The position numbers and the translations under genes are program-made. Shown here piece after piece: positions 9,572 to 20,258 of a stretch of 64,000 bases of DNA (positions within the stretch are counted from its first letter, which is position 1; each line of letters starts with the position of its first letter). This stretch comes from a virus (Duplodnaviria > Caudoviricetes): the IMG/VR virus record IMGVR_UViG_3300026522_000024, positions 52,105 through 116,104 of that record. One strand, given 5' to 3'. Under the pieces are notes generated by a model. That model was not told the DNA's origin. It worked only from the letters and a program-made list of their open reading frames with translations, and did no database searches.

Positions 9572-10930
9572 ATGGTAGATGAAATTAAGGCAGCATTTAA
9601 TGCATTGGATTCAATCGAGGAAGTATCTTCATTGAATTCAAAGCAGGAAATTTTACAGGAAAATGCAGATAATAAGGTGCTAAAGAACCTACTGTATTTA
9701 GCATACAATCCTTATCTTCAGTTTTATATCAAGAAAATCCCTGTTTCTATTGACTCTTGCACTAATAATGAAGTGCTTCCTGTAAGATACCAAGAATTTT
9801 TGGATATGCTAGTAGACTTTAGCAAGCGTAGAGTAACTGGTAATGAAGCTATCAATGAATTGTCTGTATTCCTGTCTGGATGTAATCCTGAAGAATACAA
9901 GTGGTATACCAGAGTTATCGGTAAGGACTTGTGTATAGGTTTGGCTGATAAGGGTATCAATAAGGCATTCAAAGGACTCATTCCTACGTATGAAGTACTA
10001 TTAGCTGACAAGATAGCACCTGAAGACCTGGGACTTAATACACCTAAAGCATTGAAGCAGCTGCCAGACAATATAGTCACTCAGTACAAAATAGATGGAT
10101 ATAGACTTAACATACACCACTTGGAGTCTGGTGAGGTTATTATCCGTACTAGGAATGGTAAGTATGTTAAGGGGTACAAAGACCTTGAAAAATCTGCTAC
10201 TAAGCTACCTAGAGGATTTGTGTATGATGGAGAAATAGTAGCACCTGAGTTGTTTGATTGGATTCAGAGTAATGTGAAGTCTCACTCTAATGAGGTTATA
10301 GCCAATAGAGATTTGTTCTCTGAGGTAATGAGTCATGCCTTCTCTAAGGAGGACAACAAGAAGGGAATTTTCAATGTCTTTGATATGATTCCTATTGACG
10401 AGTGGGTTGTTAGGAAGTCTACCCAGACCTATGAAGAAAGACTGAATAACCTCAATAAAATGGTAAAGCCATTAGAACTGAAAGACATAATGGTAGTGCC
10501 TACTTCCAGAGTGTATCATAAGTCTAATCCAGATGACCTGAAGGAAATAGTAGAACAATTCCATCAGTTTGTAAACATTGGCTGGGAAGGACTTATGGTA
10601 AAAGATGCTGACTCCTACTATGAGTGGAAGCGTAGCAAAAGCCTGTTAAAGATGAAACTCATGGACACTATAGATTTAGTAGTTACTGATGTCTATGAGG
10701 GTACGGGAAAGTATGAAGGAATGATGGGTGGTGTATACTGCGATTATAAAGGCTATCAGCTGGGTGTTGGCAGTGGTTGGAATGACTCAGACAGAAAGAC
10801 TTACTGGGACAATAAGAATAACATTGTAGGTAAGACTATAGAGGTAGCATACCAGGCTGAGACTAAGAATAAAAATGGTGGCTTATCACTGAGTTTTCCA
10901 GTATTTAAGTCTATCCGTATAGACAAATGA
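9572..10930 (+). CDS. lig: ATP-dependent DNA ligase
   Basis: KIDGYR, YDGEI, FNVFD, EGLMVK, LLKMK, VGSG, LSFPVF..IRIDK. Confidence 0.95.
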   Translation: MVDEIKAAFNALDSIEEVSSLNSKQEILQENADNKVLKNLLYLAYNPYLQFYIKKIPVSIDSCTNNEVLPVRYQEFLDMLVDFSKRRVTGNEAINELSVFLSGCNPEEYKWYTRVIGKDLCIGLADKGINKAFKGLIPTYEVLLADKIAPEDLGLNTPKALKQLPDNIVTQYKIDGYRLNIHHLESGEVIIRTRNGKYVKGYKDLEKSATKLPRGFVYDGEIVAPELFDWIQSNVKSHSNEVIANRDLFSEVMSHAFSKEDNKKGIFNVFDMIPIDEWVVRKSTQTYEERLNNLNKMVKPLELKDIMVVPTSRVYHKSNPDDLKEIVEQFHQFVNIGWEGLMVKDADSYYEWKRSKSLLKMKLMDTIDLVVTDVYEGTGKYEGMMGGVYCDYKGYQLGVGSGWNDSDRKTYWDNKNNIVGKTIEVAYQAETKNKNGGLSLSFPVFKSIRIDK

Positions 10931-10943
10931 TGAGGATAGAACA

Positions 10944-11237
10944 ATGGAAAATGTAGTGAAAAAACGCAAGAGAAGTGTAAAACTAACTAAGGAAAAATCT
11001 TTAGAGTTACAGAACAACATAAAAAGTCAAATAACTGAACACATGGGAAAATACGCTATTCTCTTAGAAAAGACTAGCAGAAATGTATTTTCCCATTTCG
11101 TACTGATAACACACAGTGGAGGTAAGGAAGCATTTTATGACGAGAATGGCAATTTTAGATGCTATCTTACCAGACCTATTGACCCTATTAGAATAATGAC
11201 AGGTGAACAGTCTATTGTTTACCTAGACCAGATATAA
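10944..11237 (+). CDS. hypothetical protein
   Basis: ORF with SD, operon packing. Confidence 0.55.
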   Translation: MENVVKKRKRSVKLTKEKSLELQNNIKSQITEHMGKYAILLEKTSRNVFSHFVLITHSGGKEAFYDENGNFRCYLTRPIDPIRIMTGEQSIVYLDQI

Positions 11238-11241
11238 AGGG

Positions 11242-11922
11242 GTGAATCCTTTGAGAAAATCCATAACTAAGATTAAGAGACACCCTATAACCACCAAAGT
11301 CATCCGAAAACCCATACTAGCATTCAATAGACGCAATGCTGAGATGAATCCTAAATTTCTTGATAAGGAAGTACTGTTAGAGAGATTTTCCCCATTAATA
11401 CAATCTATGTACAGATACTTCTGTTCCTATGATGGAATGTTTAATCAGCAAATGGATTCTCAGGACTTGTATAGTCAGATTCAGTCAGAATTCATAGAAC
11501 TTACACATAAGTATGACCCACGTAGGGGTGTAGATTTTACAGGGTATATCAAGTTTCACCTAAGACAAAGAGTATACCACTGGGTGATGAAAACCCAAAA
11601 AGTACAAAATACTGAACAAGTGCTTGTTCAATACGATAGTGATGATACTATGGATATGGATGACCTAGTATCATATGAGGACAAGAAAGATACCTATACG
11701 GAACACGAATTAGTTAGGGCTGAAGGAATAGCCAGTATACCATGGGATAAAATCCAGGATAAAGAACACATAGAACTCATAAATGAAATTCTTATAAAAC
11801 GTCATTCTATAGAGGATATAGCAAAGAGCAGGAAAACATCTGTAAGGGCAGTTACTACTCAGTTTGAGGAATTATGTCAGTTGATATATAACATACAGGT
11901 TAATGGTGATAAAGTTGATTAA
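11242..11922 (+). CDS. phage RNA polymerase sigma factor (sigma70 family)
   Basis: Region 2-like QDLYSQ..FIELTHKYDPRRGVDFTGYI; C-terminal HTH SIEDIAKSRKTS. Confidence 0.8.
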   Translation: MNPLRKSITKIKRHPITTKVIRKPILAFNRRNAEMNPKFLDKEVLLERFSPLIQSMYRYFCSYDGMFNQQMDSQDLYSQIQSEFIELTHKYDPRRGVDFTGYIKFHLRQRVYHWVMKTQKVQNTEQVLVQYDSDDTMDMDDLVSYEDKKDTYTEHELVRAEGIASIPWDKIQDKEHIELINEILIKRHSIEDIAKSRKTSVRAVTTQFEELCQLIYNIQVNGDKVD

Positions 11923-12136
11923 GGATTTGGAAGAAGCAAATAATTTGATAGAGAAATACTGTACGGTATGCGATTCCACTAATGTTTCAGTTAGATTTGC
12001 TAAGTATAAATGGTATTATGTAGGCTGCTTAGACTGCTGGAACAAGATGGAGTGCGATGAGGCTAATTTGGAGTACGCCATAGAATTATGGAATGAGATG
12101 GTTATAAAATGCAAAAAGCTGAAAAATATGATGTAG
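11903..12136 (+). CDS. Lar-like (restriction alleviation family) zinc-ribbon protein
   Basis: CTVC...YYVGCLDC...AIELWN pattern. Confidence 0.55.
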   Translation: MVIKLIKDLEEANNLIEKYCTVCDSTNVSVRFAKYKWYYVGCLDCWNKMECDEANLEYAIELWNEMVIKCKKLKNMM

Positions 12137-12284
12137 TTACTACGTTGGCTGCTAAATATCACTTTTCCAAGGAAGATTATCAGATGCTGAATGATGCTAT
12201 TGATAACGAAATCAAGGAAGCACTCACCAATCAGCGTAAAGAAATCATAAGTATTCTTGAGGACTTGGCTAAGAAGGAGAAAAA

Positions 12285-12662
12285 GTGATGAATGCCCCCA
12301 TAGTATTTAAGTGGGATAAACACAAGAAACTATGGAACCATATGAAGAAAAATTATGACCTAACAAGGAGGGTTGGTCTTGTTCAAGCTAAAGAGATTAT
12401 TCGCAGTAAGTATCTTGGTGATAATAGGACTATACCTAATAGCTGTTACGCTTGTGAGTACGCATTTCTTTATTCTGAGCACCATTCTGATGCTCACAAG
12501 TGTTTCTACTGTCCAGTAAAGGTTGATAAATGTAGTAGAATGGATAGTTGGATGGCTCAACTAACATATGCAATTCAGGAGGATAATAAGCAGGAATATG
12601 TAAGGCTGTGTGAGTACATGGAAAACATAGAGGTGAAGGAGGGTGTTCCTTGTGGAGAGTAG
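12285..12662 (+). CDS. Cys-rich hypothetical protein
   Basis: CYACEY..CFYCP..C; AGGAG SD. Confidence 0.6.
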   Translation: MMNAPIVFKWDKHKKLWNHMKKNYDLTRRVGLVQAKEIIRSKYLGDNRTIPNSCYACEYAFLYSEHHSDAHKCFYCPVKVDKCSRMDSWMAQLTYAIQEDNKQEYVRLCEYMENIEVKEGVPCGE

Positions 12663-12758
12663 ATTGAATAGGTGGATGAGAAATAACAGGGAAATAATGA
12701 CTTGGATAAAAGTCATATTCGTAATAGCGATTTCAATATTGATGTGTGGGTGATATAA

Positions 12759-13001
12759 ATGGAAAGAGAGCAAAAAGACCTACTGATTAAGGTAGATAAT
12801 GCCATAACATTTTTAGACAGTTTAGTATTTCTACATAAGTCTAAAGAACAGGATGACTTGTCTGAAATGACTAAGATGATAGATGGAGCAGCAGAGGTAG
12901 TGAAAGAGTTAAGGCAGTCTTGGCTTATATCTATAGGAGAGCCACAAGAGATAAGTAAAGAAACCATGGAAAAGATAATGACTGCTGTAGCTGGAGAGTA
13001 A
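12759..13001 (+). CDS. hypothetical protein
   Basis: ORF in a + strand run of small genes. Confidence 0.55.
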   Translation: MEREQKDLLIKVDNAITFLDSLVFLHKSKEQDDLSEMTKMIDGAAEVVKELRQSWLISIGEPQEISKETMEKIMTAVAGE

Positions 13002-13043
13002 TACATCAGCAAATTGATAACAACAATTTATAGGAGGTAAAAC

Positions 13044-13232
13044 ATGGATATAGTGAAAACTGCTATAGCTAAGCTGAGTGAGGGTGATGTCAGAATTGCT
13101 CATCATCATGATGTACTGTTGGAGAACTGTGAAAAATTAGTAGAGCATCAGGCAGAGATTATCAGTGTCTACAATCAGAAGGTTGGACGCACCACTTATG
13201 ATAGAGTACATGGCAAACCAGATAGAGATTAA
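13044..13232 (+). CDS. hypothetical protein
   Basis: AGGAGGT SD. Confidence 0.6.
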   Translation: MDIVKTAIAKLSEGDVRIAHHHDVLLENCEKLVEHQAEIISVYNQKVGRTTYDRVHGKPDRD

Positions 13233-13293
13233 CAAGAGCCTACTTATAATGCTCAAGAATTACCGTAATAGGGACATGAATGGAGTGAGGTAA

Positions 13294-13494
13294 ATGCAGC
13301 TATTCAAGGTAGACCATGTAGCCTGTTACATCTGTGGTAAGACAGGTCAGGACTCAGACGTAAAGATGCTGGACTGGCAACCCAAAAATAATGGTGATAG
13401 ATTTGGTCCATACAGAACTCCACTTTTACAGGTTGCCTTATGTAAGGATTGCAGAAAAGAGTTATCTCAGACTATTTCAGAGGGGCGAGCATAA
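13294..13494 (+). CDS. small zinc-finger hypothetical protein
   Basis: CYIC...CKDC; GAGGT SD. Confidence 0.55.
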   Translation: MQLFKVDHVACYICGKTGQDSDVKMLDWQPKNNGDRFGPYRTPLLQVALCKDCRKELSQTISEGRA

Positions 13495-13749
13495 ATGTGT
13501 TACGGTATGAACTGCCTATTTGAAGCAACCTCTGGATGTAACATAGGAACTTGTACAGCAGACTTTGACTTAGTAGACAAGTTTATTAAGGATAAAAACC
13601 TAACTAATATCACTAAGTGCTTCATAGGTGGTGGAGAGTTAGTCACTTATGAGGCTACTGATGACGACTGTAAGAAGTCCATGAGCTTGTGGAACCAGCT
13701 AAAGGAATACGGAAAACACCATTATGGAGGAACAATATCAAAGATATAG
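13495..13749 (+). CDS. hypothetical protein
   Basis: abuts the previous stop codon. Confidence 0.5.
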   Translation: MCYGMNCLFEATSGCNIGTCTADFDLVDKFIKDKNLTNITKCFIGGGELVTYEATDDDCKKSMSLWNQLKEYGKHHYGGTISKI

Positions 13750-13930
13750 CCAACAGGAGGTCTGAGTAATGGCAAAATGCATAGAATGTGAAAACGCATT
13801 AATTGGTAGAAGCCATATTGTAAAGCCGATTAGCTCAACGCAGAGAATGGTTTCAGATTGGACTATTGATGCAGGTGTAATCGAAAGACCAGTATTTACA
13901 GTGAAATAGATTGCTCAGATTATAGGAGGA

Positions 13931-14209
13931 TTGACGATGAAACTGGAAGAAGCAATTAAGCATTGCGAAGAAGTCGCAGATTCAAAATGTGACGCTTGCG
14001 GAGCAGAACATAGACAACTTGCAGAATGGCTAAAAGAACTGAAAGAGCGCAGAAATGGTGGCTCGTACAATTCTAACGCGAGAAAAGATTTCATGGGCAT
14101 TGTTTATGACGAATTAAGTGATGATGCAGATAATCACAGAGCGAACAGAATCATAGACGCAGCAGATGCGTATGCATACAGTTTCAAGGACACTATGGAG
14201 GAACAGTAA
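13931..14209 (+). CDS. hypothetical phage protein
   Basis: LEEAIKHCEE..C.AEHRQLAEWLKELK, a recurrent phage motif; AGGAGG SD. Confidence 0.6.
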   Translation: MTMKLEEAIKHCEEVADSKCDACGAEHRQLAEWLKELKERRNGGSYNSNARKDFMGIVYDELSDDADNHRANRIIDAADAYAYSFKDTMEEQ

Positions 14210-14515
14210 ATGGATAGACATCCAATTATAACAGAGAATCTAAATGTAGTAATGGTACAGAATGCTACAACATTTACTGACCTTATTCCAGACTACCAGT
14301 TTCAATTTCAGAACGTACCTCCATCAGAGGAAGCAGAGAGCATGTTCTCTTCACTGGTAGATTTTATACAGACAAATGAGGAAATGGCAGTAATGAACAT
14401 AGAAACTAAGGACGAATATGTAAAGGGATTCAAGCGTGCCTTAGCACTAACTAGACTGTGGATGAACAGTTTATACTTGGAAGGAGATAAAACTAATGAT
14501 AATCTTGGCTCATGA
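14210..14515 (+). CDS. hypothetical protein
   Basis: GGAGG SD, abutting the previous gene. Confidence 0.55.
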   Translation: MDRHPIITENLNVVMVQNATTFTDLIPDYQFQFQNVPPSEEAESMFSSLVDFIQTNEEMAVMNIETKDEYVKGFKRALALTRLWMNSLYLEGDKTNDNLGS

Positions 14516-14732
14516 TACTATTGTTAACTTTGATGATATATCTACTATTTATGTTTCCTACAAGAAAACTCACTACATGATTATAGCTAGGCTGAAAGAC
14601 GGAACAGAGTGGACGCTGCTAGACTCAGACTGGATAAGCACAATTGTAGAACCAAATAAGCTGCTGAACGATATAGCCAGTGCTTACAGTAAGAAAATGG
14701 AAGTATATAACCTGTCAGCCAGAGAAATATAA
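14496..14732 (+). CDS. hypothetical protein
   Basis: AAGGAG SD. Confidence 0.55.
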   Translation: MIILAHDTIVNFDDISTIYVSYKKTHYMIIARLKDGTEWTLLDSDWISTIVEPNKLLNDIASAYSKKMEVYNLSAREI

Positions 14733-14996
14733 TCCTGTCTCCTTCTGTTTAATCCCTAAAACTGACGACAATTTGTTCCAGTTTAGATATTACATAAGTA
14801 ACGTGGGTACAATGGAAGTGGAAGATAATAAAAATAAATTTATCTTCTACTAGTTTATTTACAGTTAAAATAGGGGTATTTGCTTCCAAATTTTCCTTGG
14901 TAAAACCTGATTGTAAATTTCCCATTGAACACTTGAATATAAAAATCCCACTGAGGTAATAAGTAAACTGGTATAAAAGTATAGGCAGGGATAAGC

Positions 14997-15722
14997 ATGG
15001 CAGAAATAGAAAGAACACCAATACGTAAAAATAACAAGGTGGTACTTCCTAGAGTATCACCCAAACTTATTGAACTATGTAAATGGAAAAAGATAGACCA
15101 AGTAAACCAGATGTTGGACGAAGGAGAATCACCAGGTCAGGTACACAAGTGGATAGTAAAACATGGCTTCAAGATAAGCCATCCGCTGATATATGAATAC
15201 GCTAAAATGCGTAGGAAGTGCCTTGTGGACGGCATATCAATTGACCACATGGTAGGAATAGCAGGAAAACCTCTATTCAATAAGAATGATGTCCTGACTC
15301 AGTCTTCACACGATAAACTTAAATCAGAAATTGATGCCCTAGATTTACTGATTCAGGGAGGATATAAAACCCTACAGGAGTGGGCAGACCGACCAATCAC
15401 ACCAGCCGTAATGATGGCTGCTATAAAGCTAAAGAATGACCTGACAGATGGAAATCATGGATTCCTCACTAACTTTGGTATGGAACACCTCAGAGACATT
15501 GAGAACACTAAATACAGTCTTATAATTGACCACCTGATTTCTTATATTCCAGAAGATAAACGCAAGGAAGCAGTGTCTAAGATAGCTCAGATTGAGGATT
15601 CTTACTACCAGACCACTGAGTACTATGAAGAGTATCTAAGGGCTTCAGGTGAGTACTCAGAGGAAGAAATACAGAAGAAAGTGGAAAAGTGGTTGAAGGA
15701 ACGCCACACTACAGCTGTGTAA
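14997..15722 (+). CDS. hypothetical protein (possible N-terminal HTH-like region)
   Basis: 241-aa ORF; QVNQMLDEGESPGQVHKWI. Confidence 0.65.
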   Translation: MAEIERTPIRKNNKVVLPRVSPKLIELCKWKKIDQVNQMLDEGESPGQVHKWIVKHGFKISHPLIYEYAKMRRKCLVDGISIDHMVGIAGKPLFNKNDVLTQSSHDKLKSEIDALDLLIQGGYKTLQEWADRPITPAVMMAAIKLKNDLTDGNHGFLTNFGMEHLRDIENTKYSLIIDHLISYIPEDKRKEAVSKIAQIEDSYYQTTEYYEEYLRASGEYSEEEIQKKVEKWLKERHTTAV

Positions 15723-15744
15723 TTCTAGGGAGGGCAAAAATAAA

Positions 15745-16068
15745 ATGGAGAACAACAATATGATAGACGATAGAGTACTGGACAATGGAAGGCTCAGAGT
15801 GGGAGATATAGTACAACACTTCAAGCGTGAATTCCTCTCACCAGATGAACATGGAACACCCAAGTACTTGTATGTAATTGTAGCTATAGCGTACCACAGT
15901 GAAAGTGGTGAGCCTTTGGTAGTTTATAAAGCCTTGTACGGAAACCATAAAATCTGTGCTAGACCTTTGGAAATGTTCATATCAGAGGTAGACCACGACA
16001 AGTATCCAGGAGTTAAGCAGCTTCACCGCTTTGAACGGTTGTCTGTAAACTATGGTAAGGAGATATAA
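15745..16068 (+). CDS. DUF1653 family protein
   Basis: GDIVQHFK..Y..VAIAYHSESGEPLVVYKALYG..ARPLEMFISEVD..KYP..Q..RFE. Confidence 0.85.
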   Translation: MENNNMIDDRVLDNGRLRVGDIVQHFKREFLSPDEHGTPKYLYVIVAIAYHSESGEPLVVYKALYGNHKICARPLEMFISEVDHDKYPGVKQLHRFERLSVNYGKEI

Positions 16069-16457
16069 GATGAACAAAGTACAAATAACTCTGCCTGGTG
16101 TAATAAACCATATGGAGAACAACCTAAAACAGCCTAACGTGATTCCTGCCAATGTAAGAGAACAGTACATTCAGATAAAGGAATGGCTGAAAGAACTTCA
16201 CCAGCGTAGAGAGGTAGACCGTGCTAACGCACAACTGGCTAAGATACAGGGAAGGGATATGTAATATGAAACACCCTAAAAGACAACCACCAGCACACCG
16301 TAAAAGACCGATAGGTAAAAATGAAGGGCAATCAATTTCCCACACTCCTAAAGGAGAAAAGGAATATCAGTCTTACCTAGATGAACTAATAGAAAAACCT
16401 ACAAAGGAACATAAAGGAAGCAAATAATCACCCTACCATACAGGAGGGTAATCAATT

Positions 16458-16832
16458 ATGAGCACAGAATCAGTAATTCAAGAAATCTTACAGGAAAGAC
16501 AAAATCAGATTGAACGTGGGTATGATACTCAGTTCAATAGCCAGTGGAACATGGAGCAGCTAACTATGGCAGCTGCCTACTACTCTATTCCTTCTAAGAT
16601 GAGAGGTAACTACGAAGGACTGTGGCCATGGAATAAGGAAAAGTTTACCCCAGAGATAGGTTGCTCAGGCAGGAGACATGAATTAGTAAAGGCTGCTGCT
16701 CTGTTGATAGCTGAACTGGAACGTACAGATAAGAAAATAGCATATGAAATAACAGAAATGCATCCAGACAATAAGGAGGAACGTACAGATGAGAGTATTG
16801 GTAAAGACCGTGAATGCGTTGACTGTTTCTGA
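16458..16832 (+). CDS. conserved phage hypothetical protein
   Basis: ERQNQI..G..AAAYY..WPW..LVKAAALLIAELER pattern. Confidence 0.65.
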   Translation: MSTESVIQEILQERQNQIERGYDTQFNSQWNMEQLTMAAAYYSIPSKMRGNYEGLWPWNKEKFTPEIGCSGRRHELVKAAALLIAELERTDKKIAYEITEMHPDNKEERTDESIGKDRECVDCF

Positions 16833-17221
16833 GTTGAAAAAGGTTAGAGACATAATGAGGAACTCTAAGTCACCTAACCAAGAACTCAAAGCTGTATTCC
16901 CAAACAGATACGTAGGAATGGAAAAGACCAATAAGAAGCAAGAGACAGTATGGATGGATAACAGAGTAGGCATCCAGCACTCCTATACTGTAGAAGCATA
17001 AGGAGAAAACCATGGATAAAAATACCTATGATAACATACAGAACGAAATAAGTACCCTGCAACATAGGCTGCTGTTTTCTCGATAGTACAGACCTTTATA
17101 ACTGATGATAAAGACACAGTTATAGCAGGTAAGATTGCTGGCAGTATCATCTGCTGCTTGGAGCAGTATAAGGAAGAACTGAAAAAGCAGTACAATCAGA
17201 TATAACACCAGCCGCATATAT

Positions 17222-17268
17222 AACCTACATAGGATTGCTGTAAAAAATCCTATGTAGGTTATTTTATT
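17222..17268 (+). terminator. rho-independent terminator
   Basis: AACCTACATAGGATT-loop-AATCCTATGTAGGTT followed by ATTTT. Confidence 0.75.
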
Positions 17269-17310
17269 ATGTAAGCTGAATTAGTATGACACCCAGGAGG
17301 TGATGTAGCA

Positions 17311-17367
17311 TTGAGCTGTATGAGCCATATGAGCCGTATGAGCCGTATGAGCCGTATGAGCCGTATG
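17311..17367 (+). repeat. 9-bp tandem repeat, ATGAGCCGT x4 plus 2 degenerate copies
   Basis: ttgagctgt atgagccat atgagccgt x4 atg. Confidence 0.9.
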
Positions 17368-17499
17368 GGTGGTGAAGTAGACATAAGGAAGGTAAGAGAG
17401 CACTATGAGGTTTACATAGGTGGAAATTTTATTTTCTCAGCAGACACCTATTTAGAAGCTCAACATGAGCTAAAGGAATACACAAAGGAGGAGTCCTAA
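17311..17499 (+). CDS. small hypothetical protein with an N-terminal (MSR)n repeat
   Basis: AGGAGGTG SD, TTG start. Confidence 0.55.
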   Translation: MSCMSHMSRMSRMSRMSRMGGEVDIRKVREHYEVYIGGNFIFSADTYLEAQHELKEYTKEES

Positions 17500-17583
17500 A
17501 TGATTTGGGTAGCAAGAAAATTCATCGAAGTGTAAAAGCACGGGCAAGGCAAAACAAAATGCCTTGCCTTTGCTATTACTATA

Positions 17584-18399
17584 TTGATGAAAGGAGATTC
17601 CAAAATGAAGTATGAAAACATCACTTGTGAAGTAATGATGAGTGCAGTAGAAATGACTAAGCACATGGCTTTTATTATGAAAGGAGCAAATGACGTGAAT
17701 AAGTATAGCGAGCATCAGCGCATAATTGTATTGGATGGCGAACACAAAGGTAAGTTGGGTAACGTAGTAACCTGCCTCCATTTGGGACTGCCTACCATCT
17801 ACATCGTAAGAGTAGATGGAGTTGGTAGCATCCAGTTTAGTGATAAGCAGATTCGTCCTGTTAAGGCTAAAGACTTCCAGGTAGGTGATAAGGTAGTAGC
17901 TGAACGCCTTGGACATGTAGTTGTAAAAGAAATTTATGAGGATTTTGTAAGAGTACAAGAATCTGACGGCAGGTTCTTTGATGTTCTTCCTACGGCATTG
18001 TGCTTTGATGCAGGATACAAGAGGCAGAATACAGAACATAAGGACAAAAATAGTGGATTCCAGCCTAGGATTGTTGTAAGTACTAATAGCGATGGCAAAA
18101 TGATAGTCTGCCGTCTGGACACTAATCCAGATGATTTTGTACTGGTAGACTACACTGAGGAAACTTTTAAGGAGGACATCATCAAGGCAGTAGACCAGCT
18201 GCTTAGCGTATGGCCAACTAATGGTGATACTTTCTACTTTGTAAAGCTGCACGATGGTGATGTGAAAGTAGTAAAGGGAGTTTTCAACCCAGAAGGAAAG
18301 ATGTCTCAGTCCTGCGTTGCTATGGGTAACATCTATCGTACTGAGGAAGAAGCCAAGGCAGCAGCAATCAGAGTACAAGCAGCAATCTGCGGTGAGTAA
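17584..18399 (+). CDS. hypothetical protein (SH3/KOW-like segments)
   Basis: LDGEHKGKLGNV and FQVGDKVV..G.V..I motifs. Confidence 0.65.
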   Translation: MMKGDSKMKYENITCEVMMSAVEMTKHMAFIMKGANDVNKYSEHQRIIVLDGEHKGKLGNVVTCLHLGLPTIYIVRVDGVGSIQFSDKQIRPVKAKDFQVGDKVVAERLGHVVVKEIYEDFVRVQESDGRFFDVLPTALCFDAGYKRQNTEHKDKNSGFQPRIVVSTNSDGKMIVCRLDTNPDDFVLVDYTEETFKEDIIKAVDQLLSVWPTNGDTFYFVKLHDGDVKVVKGVFNPEGKMSQSCVAMGNIYRTEEEAKAAAIRVQAAICGE

Positions 18400-18462
18400 C
18401 AGTTAAGGAAGCAAGGGCAGGTGACGTACTACCTGCCCTTGTATTATATAGGAAGGTAGCAT

Positions 18463-18816
18463 ATGGAACTTGAAGGAAAGCTAATGACTGATAACTTAGC
18501 TCATTTAGAATCAGGTCATTATACAGCTAGAAATGAAGATGGAAAGCTCATAAGGATAGAGCGTACAAAAGGTAAAGGCTGGATAGTTAAAACACCTACT
18601 CATCATGGCTGGTGGGAAGTAGTGTTCTATACTGAAGAAGGAGACCAAGAAGGAGTAACATATGAGAAAGAAACCAAGATAACAGAAAAGGAAGTAGAGG
18701 CAGCAGTACATACTATAAAAAGATTCTGCACTCAGCAGACCCAGTGTAAAGGGTGCTATTTTACTAAAAATCTACTTAAAAATTGTTCAGCAAAAGAACT
18801 TATGTACAATGAGTAG
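18463..18816 (+). CDS. hypothetical protein
   Basis: ORF with SD after a hairpin. Confidence 0.55.
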   Translation: MELEGKLMTDNLAHLESGHYTARNEDGKLIRIERTKGKGWIVKTPTHHGWWEVVFYTEEGDQEGVTYEKETKITEKEVEAAVHTIKRFCTQQTQCKGCYFTKNLLKNCSAKELMYNE

Positions 18817-19282
18817 GAGGTTAAATATGACTGCACTAGCTAAAACAATAAAAACTCACTTAAATCTATCTATCTTACAGGAATTCAGAATTAGTGGTTT
18901 ACAAGAGCACTTTAGATTCTCTGAAGAAGGACTACAGGTATACTATAAGAACAATGGAATCTATGACTGGTGGTTAGTATCTAAGGAAACATCAGTAGGC
19001 AACTTGGGTATTGCGAAAGACTACCAGCTAATAAGCCTAGAAGCACTTTTGATACACCCAGAATGGGTGCTGCCTATAACCTATAAGCCTTCCAATGACC
19101 AGATTTACTACTGTTGGGGAGATAACCACCAGCTGTACGAATATCCTTGGAGTGGAAGCATGGAAGATTTAGAGCACTATGCTACTGGTAATTGCTTTTC
19201 TTCTAGGGAAGAAGCAGAGGAACAGCTGACTAGCTTAGAGAGCAGGTTGACCAGTATCTATTACACAGAAAAGTACAAGTAG
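18809..19282 (+). CDS. hypothetical protein
   Basis: C-terminal GNCFSSREEAE is similar to GNIYRTEEEAK in the 17584 ORF. Confidence 0.6.
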   Translation: MSRRLNMTALAKTIKTHLNLSILQEFRISGLQEHFRFSEEGLQVYYKNNGIYDWWLVSKETSVGNLGIAKDYQLISLEALLIHPEWVLPITYKPSNDQIYYCWGDNHQLYEYPWSGSMEDLEHYATGNCFSSREEAEEQLTSLESRLTSIYYTEKYK

Positions 19283-19745
19283 TACTGTACTTATATTATA
19301 TAGTATAACGACAACTTAAGAGGTTATGCTATATGATAGTAAGAGAATTTATAGAGGAAGATGATTTCATCCAGTATCCTTGGTGGGTGAATCTTATTCC
19401 TATAAGGTGACTGAGAGATAAGGCTAAAGACTGGTGCTGGATTTATAGGAGGTGAATAAGGTGTTGCCTATAGGTTCAGTTAGTAGTTATAACATAGAAC
19501 CAGTAGATGCTATTACTAAGACTTCTGATAGGAAACCACACCAGCAGTACTCCCATAGGAAGCAGGATGAGACTGAATCCTTTCAGCAGATGCTCAATGA
19601 AGCCATGAAGGAAAATAGCCTGAAGACAAATAGATACTATACCAAGTTTCTCAAGGATTTTACAAATAAATAGTGAGTAAAATACATCAGCCCTTCTTTT
19701 ATGTTAGAAGGGTTGATTTGTTATTTATAAGGAGGTAAAACCTAT

Positions 19746-20258
19746 ATGGATGCGTTACAACAGAGTTTAGCTGGCATAATTCCCAGTTATTATAACAAGA
19801 ATACCAATACTTATTCGTATTCCACGAATTATGGTACTATTGAGATTGATGGTACTACTAAGCAGGTGAAAAGCTGCTGCATTGGGTTCAGTGATTACTC
19901 TGTACAGCATGCCAATAAGCGTGTTGTTATCCGTATACTGGGAGACGAATTCTCCATACGTACTGGTACTATTTTTAAGGAAAACACTGAAATGGCATCT
20001 AAAGGCTATCCATATAAGCTGTCACATTCTGATACTCCTAAAGTAACAGAGGTATTCGATGTACTGTCTAACATCAAGGAAATGACTCAGGGTATAATGG
20101 CTGTTTTTATTAAGTTGATTCACCTTATGGAAGTCAACGGAAAAGTGACTGAGAACAGCTACGCAATAAAGGAACTGAGACGTAACATGATGCTGTATTC
20201 TAGGCACATTCTCAGGCATCCAGTAGTTACTCGTAAGCCTATTGTTACTAAATCATAG
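19746..20258 (+). CDS. hypothetical protein
   Basis: AAGGAGGT SD. Confidence 0.6.
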   Translation: MDALQQSLAGIIPSYYNKNTNTYSYSTNYGTIEIDGTTKQVKSCCIGFSDYSVQHANKRVVIRILGDEFSIRTGTIFKENTEMASKGYPYKLSHSDTPKVTEVFDVLSNIKEMTQGIMAVFIKLIHLMEVNGKVTENSYAIKELRRNMMLYSRHILRHPVVTRKPIVTKS

